Positions 52,336 to 64,000 of a stretch of DNA of 64,000 nucleotides are shown piece by piece (position 1 is the first letter of the stretch; the number at the start of each line of letters is the position of its first letter). A program made the translations under genes and the position numbers. The stretch is from Camelus dromedarius (lineage: Eukaryota), in the NCBI RefSeq assembly GCF_036321535.1, contig NC_087437.1, positions 93,932,001 to 93,996,000 on the forward strand, in the 5' to 3' direction. A model generated the notes under the pieces. That model saw nothing but the letters and a program-made list of their open reading frames with translations, was not told the origin of the DNA and made no database searches.

Positions 52336-52563
52336 ATGGGTTTGAGATCATGTTACTATCAGTTTAATAAAAACAGTTACAGTAATGGGTTGATAGATTT
52401 ACAAAAAAGGGTAACCACAAGCCAAAAATTTACAAAGGAGTCACAAAAATTAAATAAAATCCATGATAATACAAAGGAAAATTACCAAACCACAAAAGGA
52501 AGAAGAAAGGAACAAAGAGGATATACCAATTCAACTGCGAAGATAAGTTCAAAATGGCAATAA
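52336..52563 (+). CDS. Putative 75-aa inter-ORF small ORF overlapping the ORF2 start
   Basis: ATG in strong Kozak context (aggATGg); open for 75 codons in A-rich sequence; its TAA (52561-52563) lies within ATGGCAATAA, which begins at the ORF2 ATG (52554). Translation is unproven. Confidence 0.3.
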   Translation: MGLRSCYYQFNKNSYSNGLIDLQKRVTTSQKFTKESQKLNKIHDNTKENYQTTKGRRKEQRGYTNSTAKISSKWQ

Positions 52564-55500
52564 ACACACATCTATCATTAATTACTGTAAATGTTAATGG
52601 ACTAAATGCTCCAGTCAAAAGACACAGAGTGGCAGACTGGATAATAAAGCAAGAACCTTCAATATGCTGCATACAAGAGACCCACTTTAGGGAGAAGGAC
52701 ACATATAGATTGAGAGTGAAAGGATGGAAAAGGATATTCCATGCAAATGGAAAAGCCAAAAAAGCAGGTGTTGCAGTACTGATTTCAGACAAAATAGACT
52801 TTAAAACAAAGGCCATAAAGAAAGATAAAGAAGGACATTTTATAATGATTCAAGGAGTGATACAAGATGAGGATATTACACTCGTTAATATATATGCACC
52901 CAATATAGGAGCACCTAAGTACATACAAGAATTACTAACAGAGATAAAGGGGGATATTGATGGGAATACAATCATACTTGGAGATTTTAACACTGCATTA
53001 ACATCACTAGACAGATCTTCCAGACAGAAAATAAACAAGGCAACAGAGAAATTAAATACTACAATAGAAAAACTAGATTTGGTGGATATTTTCAGAGCAT
53101 TACACCCCCCAAAAATAGGATATACATTCTTTTCAAGTGCACATGGAACATTTTCCAGGATCGATCATGTACTTGGGCACAAAAGAAACCTCAACAATTT
53201 TAAGAAGATAGAAATTATCTCAAGCATCTTTACTGACCACAATGCCATGAAACTGGAAATCAACAACAGAGAAACAAAGGAGAAAAAAAGGAAAGCATGG
53301 AGATAAAACAATATGTTATTGAAAAAACAATGGATCAATGAGGAAATCAAAGCTGAAATTAAAAAATACCTTGAGACAAATGATAATGAAAGCACAACCA
53401 CTCAAAACCTATGGGACACAGCAAAGGCAGTGCTAAGAGGGAAGTTTATAGCGATACAGGCCTTCCTCAAAAAAGAAGAACAATCTCAAATAAACAATTT
53501 AACCCACCACCTGAATGAATTAGAAAAAGAAGAACAAAAAGCAGCAGAAGGAACGAAATAATAAAGATCAGAGAGGAATTAAATTCAATAGAGATTAACA
53601 AGACCATAGAAAAAATCAACCAAACCAAAAGCTGGTTTTTTGAAAAAGTAAATAAAATCGACAAACCTCTGGCCAAACTCACAAAGAAGAAAAAAGAGAG
53701 AGCACAAATTAGCAAAATAAGAAAGGAAAATGGAGAAATTACAACAAACAAAATAGAAATACAGCATATCATACGAGAATATTATGAAAAACTGTATGGA
53801 ACCAAACTGGATAACCTAGAGGAGATGGACAAGTTTCTGGAAACATACTGTCCACCAAAACTGAATCAAGAAGAATCTGAACACTTGAACAATCCGATCA
53901 CTAGAAAGGAAATAGAAATAGCAATTAAAAACCTCCCTACAAATAAAAGTCCAGGACCGGACGGCTTCACCGGGGAATTCTACCAAACATACAAAGATGA
54001 ACTCATACCAGTCCTTCTCAAACTCTTCCAGACGATTGAAAAGGAGGGAATACTCCCAAACTCATTCTATGAAGCCACCATCACCCTGATACCAAAACCA
54101 GGCAAAGACACTACAAAAAAAGAGAATTATAGGCCAATATCACTGATGAACATAGACGCCAAAATCCTCACCAAAATTTTAGCAAATAGAATCCAACAAC
54201 ACATAAAAAAGATTATACATCATGACCAAGTGGGGTTCATCCCAGGGACACAAGGCTGGTTCAACATACGCAAATCAATCAGTGTAATACATCACATCAA
54301 CAAGAGAAAGGACAAAAACCACATGATCATCTCAATCGATGCAGAAAAAGCATTTGATAAAATTCAACACCCATTTATGATAAAAACTCTCGCCAAAATG
54401 GGTATAGAGGGAACATATCTCAACATAATAAAAGCTATATATGACAAACCTACAGCCAGCATAGTACTCAAAGGTGAAAAACTCAAAAGCTTCCCACTAA
54501 AATCTGGGACAAGACAAGGATGCCCACTATCACCACTCCTATTCAACGTAGTCCTGGAAGTCCTAGCCACAGCAGTCAGGCAAGAGAAAGAAATAAAAGG
54601 GATCCAAATTGGAAAAGAAGAGGTAAAAGTGTCATTATATGCTGATGACATGTTACTATATGTAGAAAACCCTCAAAGGTCCACACAAAAGCTACTAGAG
54701 CTGATTGAAGAATTCAGCAAGGTAGCAGGTTACAAAATTAACGTTCAAAAATCAGTTGCATTTCTTTACACTAACGATAAATCAACAGAAGAAGAAAGTA
54801 AAGAAACAATCCCCTTTAAAATAGCACCCAAAGTAATAAAATATCTGGGAATAAATCTAACCAAGGAGGTGAAAGAATTATACACAGAAAACTATAAACC
54901 ATTGATGAAGGAAATTAAAGAAGACTTTAAAAAATGGAAAGATATTCCATGCTCTTGGATTGGAAGAATCAATATTGTTAAAATGGTCACACTGCCCAAG
55001 GCAATCTACAGATTTAATGCAATCCCTATCCAATTACCCAGGACATATTTCACAGAACTAGAAAAAAATCATAATAAAATTCATATGGAACCATCAAAGA
55101 CCTAGAATTGCCAAAGCATTACTGAAGAGAAAGAAAGAGGCTGGAGGAATAACTCTCCCAGACTTCAGACAATACTATAGAGCTACAGTCATCAAGACAG
55201 CATGGTATTGGTACCAAAACAGACATATAGACCAATGGAACAGAATAGAGAGCCCAGAAATGAACCCACAGACTTTTGGTCAACTCAACTTTGACAAAGG
55301 AGGCAAGAATATACATTGGAATAAAGACAGTCTCTTCAGCAAATGGTGTTGGGAAAACTGGACAGCAGCATGTAAAACAATGAAGCTAGAACACTCCCTT
55401 ACACCATATACAAAAATCAACTCAAAATGGATTAAAGACTTAAACATAAGACAAGATACAATAAACCTCCTAGAGAAAAACATAGGCAAAACATTATCTG

Positions 55501-56339
55501 ACATACATCTCAAAAATTTTCTCCTAGAAGAAATAAAAGCAAGAATAAACAAATGGGACCTAATGAAACTTACAAGCTTCTGCACAGCAAAGGAAACCAG
55601 AAATAAAACAAGAAGAAAACCTACGGAATGGGAGAAAATTTTTGCAAGTGAAACCGACAAAGGCTTGATCTCCAGAATATATAAGCAGCTCATACGACTC
55701 AATAAGAAAAAAATAAACAACCCAATCCAAAAATGGGCAGAAGACCTAAACAAGCAATACTCCAAGGAAGACATACAAATGATCAAAAAGCACATGAAAA
55801 AATGCTCAGTATCACTAATTATCAGAGAAATGCAAATCAAAACTACAATGAGGTATCACCTCACACCAGTCAGAATGGCCGTCATTCAAAAATCCACAAA
55901 TGACAAATGCTGGAGAGGCTGTGGAGAAAGGGGAACCCTCCTACACTGCTGGTGGGAATGCAGTTTGGTGCAGCCACTATGGAAAACTGTGGAGATTCCT
56001 CAAAAGACTAGGAATAGACTTACCCTATGACCCAGGAATCCCACTCCTGGGCTTGTATCCAGAAGGAAATCTACTTCAGGATGACACCTGCACCCCAATG
56101 TTCATAGCAGCACTATTTACAATAGCCAAAACATGGAAACAGCCTAAATGTCCATCAACAGGTGACTGGATAAAGAAGAGGTGGTATATTTATACAATGG
56201 AATACTACTCAGCCATAAAAACCGACAACATAATGCCATTTGCAGCAACATGATGCTCCTGGAGAATGTCATTCTAAGTGAAGTAAGCCAGAAAGAGAAA
56301 GAAAAATACCATATGAGATCGCTCATATGTGGAATCTAA
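52554..56339 (+). pseudogene. ORF2: L1 ORF2p (APE-like endonuclease, reverse transcriptase, CCHC domain), disrupted
   Basis: EN motifs NVNGLN, QETH, GDFN, SRIDH, TDHN; RT motifs PGPDGF, QGCPLSP, YADD (54638-54649); CWRGC...HCWWEC. Lesions: TAA at 53304-53306 and frameshifts at ~53541, 55062-55068, ~55990 and ~56252. Confidence 0.97.
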
Positions 56340-57469
56340 AAAACAAAAACAAAAACAAACAAACAAAAACAAAGCGTAAATAAAGGACAGAAATAGACTC
56401 ACAGACAGAGAATACAGACTTGTTACCAGGGGGGTGGAGGGTGGGAAGGGATAGACTGGGATTTCAAAATTGTAGAATAGACTACACGGTATAGCACAGG
56501 GAAATATATACAAAATGTTATGATAACTCACAGAGAAAAAAATGTGACAATGAGTGTGTATATGTCCATGAATAACTGAAAAATTGTGCTGAACACTGGA
56601 ATTTGACACAACATTGTAAAATGATTATAAATCAATAAAAATTAAAAAAAATACACAAACACAAAACGTGTGTGTGTATGTATGTATATACATATGACAT
56701 ATAATATTAAGTAATATTTAAATGTTTTAATACTAAAAATAAAATGATATGTAATTCTTTAAAGAATTTTTACAAGAAAATAAAATAACTTAGGCACCAA
56801 GAATACATATTTTCGTAATAAAAATCTTATACAACGTATCATTAAAAGGAAAGTGCTACACAAGGTTTATTAGCTCAGGTAAGATACAGCTTATTTTCAT
56901 TTATTTAATTAAAATGATTATCATTGAGTCATTAACACTAGTTTTTTATTTATTTGCTTGTATTAGTCTATTTGGCATTAGCCAGAACTAAAAGGAAATA
57001 TGTTTCAAATATATAAATATATACAGACAAAAAATATATACACACAAATATATTTATATATATATATATTTATTTATACACATAGTTTTTTTTTTTTAAT
57101 TTTATTGTGTTTGGTTTGTTTCTACCATCTGACCAACTGGCACTTAACTTTCAAAAGTTCATACTCAGTATTTACTTTATGTTTTATGGCTTAATTGACT
57201 GATATCTTAGCCCCAAAACAAAACGTGCTTGAAAATTTGATTTAATGTACATTTCCAGAGCAGTATATATTTTTCTATCTTTTGCTGTTAAGATAAGAAT
57301 GTGTATGAGAGAAAATACCAGCCATTTTCTTCCAGTTTAAAATCAATGGGTATTGTTTCATAAATGAATGCATTAGTGCTTGGTTTAGAAGATTTTCAAG
57401 TGTGAAGATTATGATTCTATTAGAAATGTGTCCTAAATGTAAAAGAAATTATGATACTATCTTTAAAGT

Positions 57470-58677
57470 GTAAGGCTAATTTCAAACTATATTACAAATC
57501 TATAGTAATCAGCAGATTATGGTGCTGGCATAAAAAAGACACATAGACTCCTGGAGCAGAACTGAAAACCCAGAAATAAATCGATGCATAAACTCATGTA
57601 AACTGATATTTGATGTGGGACTTGAGGATATTCAATGGAGAAAATATAGTCTTTTTAGTAAATGGTCCTGGGAAAGTTGAATATTCAAGTGCAAAAAATT
57701 TAATCTAGTTCCCTGTCTTATGGCACTTACAGAAATTAACCCCAAATGGATTAAAGACATACATATATAAGTCCTTAAACCATAAAATGTCTAGGAAAAA
57801 ATCATAGGAAACATTTTGTTATTTGGGTCTTGGCAATGATTTTTTTTTAGACACCTAAAGCACAAGCAACAAAATCAAAAATAAGTAATCAGGACTACAC
57901 GAAAATAAAACTCTTCTGTACAGCATAAGAAATGAAAAACAAAATTGAAAAGGTAACCTACAGAATGGAAGAAAATATTTTCAGACCATACATCTGATAA
58001 GGGATTAATACACAAAATATATAAGGAACCTATGCAATTCAATAGCAAAACAAAACACACAAACAAACAAAATACAACTAATCTATTTAAAAAATAGGCA
58101 AAGTACCCAAATAGATTATTTTTTCAAAGAAGATATTCAGTGGTCACGTACACGAAAAGGTGCTCAGTGTCACTAATCACCAGGGAAATGGGAATCAAAT
58201 CTGCAATGAGATATCACCTCGCATCTGTCAGAATGGCTATTATCAAAAAATGAGATAATAAATGCTGATAAGAATATGGAGAAAAGTGAACCCTTTTTCA
58301 CTGATATGAGAATGTAAATTGGTATAACCACTGTGGAAAACAGTGTGTACAGGTACCTCAAAAAATTAAAAACAGGACTACCATATGATCCTGTAATTCC
58401 ACTTCTGAATATATAACTGAAGGAGACAAAATCACTATTTTGAGATTTCTGAATTCAAATGTATACTGCAGTGTTATTTACAATAGTCAAGACATGAAAA
58501 TACTGCGTCCATCAATGGATATGTAGATTCAGACAATGTGATATTCGTGTGTGTGTATCTACGTATCTATATATCACATTTGTTTATCTATCATTCCCTC
58601 TATATCTGTCACATATTTTACCCATTTATCCATTAATGGACGCTTAGTGTTTTCATATCTTGGCAATTGTAATACAT

Positions 58678-58709
<32 letters not shown>

Positions 58710-59224
58710 ACAACAAAACACTATTCAGCCATAAAAAGAGAAATCTTGCCATGTGTGACAACATGGATGGAACTTGAGGGCATTATACTAAGTGAAATAA
58801 GTCAGACCAAAAAGACAAATACTGAATGATCTCACTTATATGTGGAATCAAAAAAAAAAAAAAACCCTCATAAAAACAGTGACCAGATTCGTGATAGTCA
58901 GAAGTTAAGGGGAGGGGGAAGGATGGGAAAATTTGGTAAAGTTGGTTAAAAGATAAAAATTTTCAGTTACTGTACAAAGTTCTGGGATGTAATGTACATA
59001 ATGACTGTAGTTAATAATATTGTATACTTGGAAGTTGCTAAGAGCAGCTTAAAATCTTCAAAGTTCTCATCAGAATGAACAAAAAAATTGTAATTATGTT
59101 AGGTGATGATATCAGGTAAACTTATTGCAAAGATCATTTTGCAATACAGAAATCTTTATGGTGCACACCTTAAACTTACACAATGCTATATGCTGATTAT
59201 AACTCAATAAACTTGGGGAAAAAA
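57470..59224 (+). mobile_element. L1MA9-like 5'-truncated element (ORF2 C-terminal part plus 3'UTR)
   Basis: Degenerate ORF2 ('ILPCVTTWMELEGIILSEISQ' in ORF 58551); 3'UTR ending 'aaacttacacaatgctatatgctgattataactcaataaacttggggaaaaaa'. Confidence 0.9.
58677..58712. repeat. (CA)n microsatellite
   Basis: Near-perfect CA run, visible directly. Confidence 0.9.
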
Positions 59225-59337
59225 TGAAGTTGACAAGCCACAACTTTGCCTAATTTCTGTATTCCATGTTTGTGTTTAAGATAATATTTCTAAAGCAGCA
59301 CAGGCTTGAATGTAATTTAAAATGACATAATAAGATG

Positions 59338-59340
<3 letters not shown>

Positions 59341-59382
<42 letters not shown>
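59341..59382. repeat. (AT)21 microsatellite
   Basis: Perfect 42-bp AT run. Confidence 0.97.
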
Positions 59383-59385
<3 letters not shown>

Positions 59386-61377
59386 TTAGAATAGAAAGTA
59401 TTTCTTAATTATAATACAACAATAAATGTTCTTTATTTTGTGATACTTTTTCCTTACACCCACTTATTAAACTGATATTTTGTTGTTAGGAAAATATGTT
59501 CTCTGAAAAACTTGAAAAACTAAAAACATTCCTGTTTTTAGAAGTCCAAATTAGTATCTGTGTACTTTCAAAATACAATAATGATTGGGATTATATTAAG
59601 CTTCTTCCATTAAGAGAGCTATTCTGTTTTACCCTTCACCCTCCTTTAGCAATATTTTAGGTATCAAATCCCTTTAGCACTTATTGAAGTGATGATGTGA
59701 CAGCCATCGTGCTCATTAGACTTTTAAAAAGTCAAAGAGGCCTGCTGAAAAAATTGTCCACTGTGATTAAGATTTTACAGATGTAGAAATACATCTTCAT
59801 AAATCTAGTCAAAATAAAGCAATTTGCTTTATCTCAGAAATAAATTCAGAGGGTCAACACTGTGACAAAGTTCATTTGAATCAATTTTATTGTGATAGAA
59901 GTGTATGAGGCACTACAATATAGTGCAATTTCTCTGTAAAACAATGGAGGATATACAATCTAGGTCCCAATATCATTTTTCATGTTAAAGTTGTGATCAT
60001 GTCTTTTATAACAATGTAGGATTTTCCTTTGTTAAATTCAAACAGATATTTAAAAAGAGACAATATTACAGGAACACGTTATTAAAAAGACTGCGAGAAT
60101 CATTTAGAATCTTATTTTAAATAAAGATAAAATATTGAACACACTGGTGATATCTGACACACACGTATTTTTGTGTTAAATAACATTCCCAGATACCCAT
60201 ATCTATATCTCTTTATAACACTGAATCTTTCAACTATTTTTGAAATACCTTATCATGTATCAGACTTCAATAAAAACTTGAAAATCATTGTATCAATATT
60301 TCCTGAGTGTACATTCTACAGAGAGTTTCCTTCTAGATGTCTGGGAAAATGATTGAAATTTTTCTAAGATAAAGAAATGATCTGCTGTATTAGAAAAGGT
60401 TGATGAACACAGAAGTAAAACTGTATAACTAAATGGTTTTTATTTATCATCTGAGGGAATCAACAAAGCAGGAATTTTGGAGGAACCTGGGACAGAGATT
60501 TTAGCAATTTAGTGTGCGGCCAGATGAGCAGTAAGAGGCGTTGGCTAAAGCTCTTATGAAGTAATGATGAGGGATATTGTGGGTTTTCTTTTTTTTTTTT
60601 TTTTCCTGTTCAGTGTGCTAATTTCAGCAACTAGCCCAAAGCTTTAAATAAAGTCTTTTATTATTTGATTAAACTATTAGCATTGTTTTAATAGTTTTTA
60701 AATACGACTACAGCCATCTGTTTTCATATTTTAAGTGACCACATCAGCATCTAAAGAGCAGGAAAGTAGGCTACGAAACATCCAGAGGTAATGTGCCAAG
60801 AAGTTAGGGGCAAGGTAAGGCATGTAATGACTGGAAAATTGGTGATTATTTTGCTTATCTTCAAAAATGCAAGAGGAAAGCAATTAACTTTTTAAAATTA
60901 TGCTGAAATAAAGGCTTGAATAATTTAATTTGTATTTCAAGCAAAACCTAATGGCAGAAATCTAGAGAATTTGTGGACATGAGGTATATAGACATCCCAC
61001 CAGATCAAGGGTATAATAGAAAGCTAACGATGACTCAAAACCACAAGTTTCCTAGACTTTTTTAGAATCTCTTGATTTCTTCTAGTGATATTATATTCCT
61101 GTTTGCTATTTATATGAAGTAGGGAAAAAAACTCTTTTTTCCTATGTATGTTGTGCTTGCTTAAAATCACAAGACACCTCTATAAGATTTATTGAAGTCT
61201 TTCAATTTATATTAACAGTTTAATTGATAAACTAGGTTACCAAGCGGTGATAACACTAAAATCTGTTCTACTGCTATTCATTCCCAGATATGAAGCTTTT
61301 AGATACAAAAGCATAGCTGAATATATCTGAAACAGATTTAGATTAAAAAAAATCTGATGGGATAAGAAGCAACATTT

Positions 61378-61612
61378 CATGGTTAAAAATAGAGCTGATC
61401 TGTCTGGATTTGAATCCAGTCTTTACCATTTACTTCATTCATACTTGAAATTTGACAAGTTACTTAAACTGTATGTGTCTCAAATTCTTCAATACTAAAA
61501 GGGGTCTAGTAATCTTTTTTTATTTTGTAAAATTGTTGCAAGGATTCCATAGTGCAATGCACACATGCCCTAGAATGTAGCTAGCACTCAATAAATGTTA
61601 GTCATTATTATT
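61378..61612 (+). mobile_element. MIR SINE, near full length
   Basis: 'ctggatttgaatccagtctttaccatttact...gacaagttacttaaac...gcactcaataaatgttagtcattattatt'. Confidence 0.85.
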
Positions 61613-61684
61613 CTTGATATATTACTTGAATTATTAAAAGTAAATGAGGTTGAAAACAAATTGATGTTTGTCATAATTAAAGTT

Positions 61685-62730
61685 ATAGGTGACATACAGT
61701 ATTGTTTTAATTTCATGACTACAACATAGTAACTCAATAAGCTTGATGCTGTCTCAAAGTTCCCTTAAACTATTCTGGTCGTTTTTTGTATGTTTCCTTT
61801 TTTGTTTTTTGCTGTTGCATTTAGGTTTTTTCTACTAGCTCATCGTCCAGATCCCTGATTAGTTCTCTTGCATTGTCTAAGCTGCTGCTACTTTTCTCCA
61901 GTGTATTTTTCATTTCAGTTATTGTATTCTTCAGCTCTGATTGCATATTTTATATATTTTTGTTGAAGCTCTCACTGTGCTTCTCCATCCTTCTCCTAAG
62001 CTCAGTGAGCATTTTTATGATCTTACTTTGAATTTTTTGTTTGGAATAATGCTAATCTCCCTTTCATTGAGTTCTTTTTCTGAAGCTTTTGTCTTGTTCT
62101 TTTGTTTGAAAAATATTCCTTTGTTTCTTCATTTGCCCTAACTCTGTTTGTTTCTATGTATTCCCAGTCTTGAAAGAGGGGCTTTGTGTAGAAAGTGTTC
62201 TTTAGGGCCCAGTAGCATGGTCCAGCTGGGTGCAAGGGCCAGGTGCTCCACATGTGTTCCTGGTGTGGGCTGCATGTGCCTTCCTGTTATGGCTTGACCA
62301 TGATTGCTGCAGGTGTGTTGATGTGCTGGGTTGGCCCCCGGGGCAGCTGGCAGTAAGGCACAGCTTCAACTGTTGCAAGCACTACGGTGTATGGGACTGG
62401 CCCCCAGGGTGGGGGCTGCTTTAGAGGCACTCCAGTACTACCCAAGGCTAGCCATCATGTCTTTTGGGGCAGGGGTAGCCCCTCTGGAGGAACACCAGGC
62501 GGGTCAGGTCCCCATGTGAACCTGGGGCATAGTGAGCAGAACTAGTAAGTTAGATCGGGAAAGTTAGAATGGCACCTGCCAGTGCTGGACCGGCTAGGTA
62601 GAAGGTGGGCCAGAAAAAACAAAGCAGAACAATCAAAAACTGACACCTGGCATCTCCTCTGTACCCAGAGAAAGTTCCAACAGATTCCTTCCTCTCAGAC
62701 ACATGTCCTAAAATTGTCAATGAATCTAGT
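61685..62730 (-). mobile_element. Older L1 5'UTR plus ORF1 N-terminal remnant, next to a short L1 3' terminus
   Basis: Antisense of 61750-62135 reads as degenerate ORF1 (MKKQRNIFQTKEQDK...IIKMLTELRRRMEKHSESFN); GC-richer 5'UTR-like 62170-62730; 61685-61740 resembles an antisense L1 3' end. Confidence 0.7.
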
Positions 62731-62874
62731 AGATATTTTTGAAACTAGAACTCTTTACTTAGTTTTAATTAGTTGAGTTGGTTCCAAGTGTTTCTTCTCC
62801 TTTGCTGGGACTGGACTATTATTCACTCGAAAACAGTTAGAAGCCTGGAATAAAAATAAATGAGACAGCTGTCT

Positions 62875-63438
62875 GGATATATGCCCAGGAGTGGGATTCC
62901 TGGGTCATACGGTAAGTCTATTCCTAGTCTTTTGAGGAATCTCCATACTGTTTTCCACAGTGGCTGCACCAAACTGCATTCCCACCAGCAGTGTAGGAGT
63001 GTTCCCTTTTCTCCACAGCCTCTCCAGCATTTATCATTTGTGGACTTTTGAATGATGGCCATTCTGACTGGTGTGAGGTGATACCTCATTGTAGTTTTGA
63101 TTTGCATTTCTCTAATAATTAGTGATATTGAGCATTTTTTCATGTGCCTATTGATTATTTGTATTTCTTCCTTGGAAAATGGCTTGTTTAGGTCTTCTGC
63201 CCATTTTTGGATTGGGTTGTTTGTTTTTTTCTTATTAAGTTATATGAGCTCCTTATATATTCTGGGGATCAAGCCTTTGTCGTTTTCATCATTTGCAACA
63301 ATTTTCTCCCATTCCATAGGTTGTCATTTTGTTCTACACTGGAATTTGACACAACATTGTAAAATTACTGTAACTCAATAAAAAAAAGTTTAAAAAAATT
63401 AATCCTAAAAAAATTAAAAATAAAAAAAATTGTCAAAA
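62875..63438 (+). mobile_element. 5'-inverted (twin-primed) young L1 insertion, same family as the full-length copy
   Basis: Antisense ORF2 segment ~62872-63333 (CCHC region, ORF 62823-63143) joined to sense 3' terminus 'acactggaatttgacacaacattgtaaa' plus A-rich tail; 17-bp TSD aaatgRgacagctgtct at 62858-62874 and 63439-63455. Confidence 0.95.
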
Positions 63439-64000
63439 AAATGGGACAGCTGTCTTTTGATATTGGACAGTAGGCAGCACAAGACTGCGAGCCCTAGGAA
63501 AACAAAAATAAAGCAGGTGACTTCTACAGCTGCCCAGTCTCTCTGCCTGAAAACACTTTCCAGATAATATTACAATGAGATGACACCCAGCTTTCACATT
63601 GCATTGAAAAGACAAATATCACAGTTCAAAACGGCGGATGTGTCTGGAGCACTTGCAGAGTTTGAGAAGAGAGTGCTGCATTGAGAAACAGCTCCAGAAA
63701 TGTGATGAAGCGTTCCTGGAGTTTGTAACTGACAACTAATCCATATACATGTGGCATGAAATTCCATGGGGCTGAGAAAAATCTAACTCTAGTAAAATGA
63801 AAAGTGCCCAACACTCACACAGGGTTAGGAGATGTTTGAGTAGTGACCAGTGTAATAGTGAGTCCTTGCTCAACCTGCTGTGTTTCCATGGAGAACCCCG
63901 TTGTGGTAATGTCATATTAGTGGGCTCTACTAGCAATACCGTAATGGGTAACGGAATTTAACCTTTTTTTATTTAAAAGTTAAAAATACGTGTCAGATCT

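Larger units (their letters stand above)
49569..56647 (+). mobile_element. Full-length young LINE-1 (camelid lineage), ORFs disrupted
   Basis: Perfect 16-bp TSD aaaatacacaaacaca at 49553-49568 and 56648-56663; GC-rich 5'UTR, ORF1, spacer, ORF2, G-rich 3'UTR, AATAAA at 56634-56639 and a very short A tail. Confidence 0.98.

Noticed and set aside
51347..56609. Numerous minus-strand ORFs (e.g. 51347-51727, 52430-52816, 55280-55840)
   Set aside because: Antisense shadows of A-rich L1 coding sequence, giving the usual Phe/Leu/Ile/Ser-rich artefactual peptides.
63882..63896. RFX X-box-like palindrome gtttccatggagaac
   Set aside because: Imperfect match with an extra base, and a single motif without supporting context.
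1..64000. CRISPR arrays, operons or prokaryotic defence/retron systems
   Set aside because: The DNA is mammalian; there is no regularly spaced repeat-spacer array, and the only reverse transcriptase sequences are LINE-1 ORF2.

Overview
AT-rich mammalian genomic DNA, repeat-dense and apparently gene-poor (intergenic or deep intronic). It is almost certainly camelid: it carries three tRNA-Ala-derived SINEs of the vic-1 type, cetartiodactyl-type L1 3' ends and a MER41-like LTR, and I saw no Alu, B1, Bov-A or PRE-1 elements. I found no supportable host coding exon, rRNA, true tRNA gene or CRISPR array. The main feature is a full-length (~7.1 kb) young LINE-1 at 49569-56647 (+). It has a perfect 16-bp target-site duplication (TSD), a CpG-island 5'UTR, ORF1, a 404-nt inter-ORF spacer and ORF2 (EN, RT with YADD, CCHC), and both ORFs are disrupted. 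The rest is older L1M fragments, L2, MIR, MLT1/ERV1 solo LTRs, a MER58 hAT element and microsatellites. Most worth follow-up: (1) a strong-Kozak 75-codon ORF in the L1 spacer, just after a splice acceptor, whose stop overlaps the ORF2 start; (2) a ~880-bp retrocopied mRNA 3' end inserted into an MLT1 LTR, carrying older MIR/L2 pieces; (3) three 5'-inverted (twin-primed) L1 insertions of different ages; (4) a SINE whose B box is micro-inverted. Repeat subfamily names come from recalled consensus sequences, not a database search, and boundaries of old elements are approximate. I cannot claim a clearly new biological system; the spacer ORF is the best candidate.
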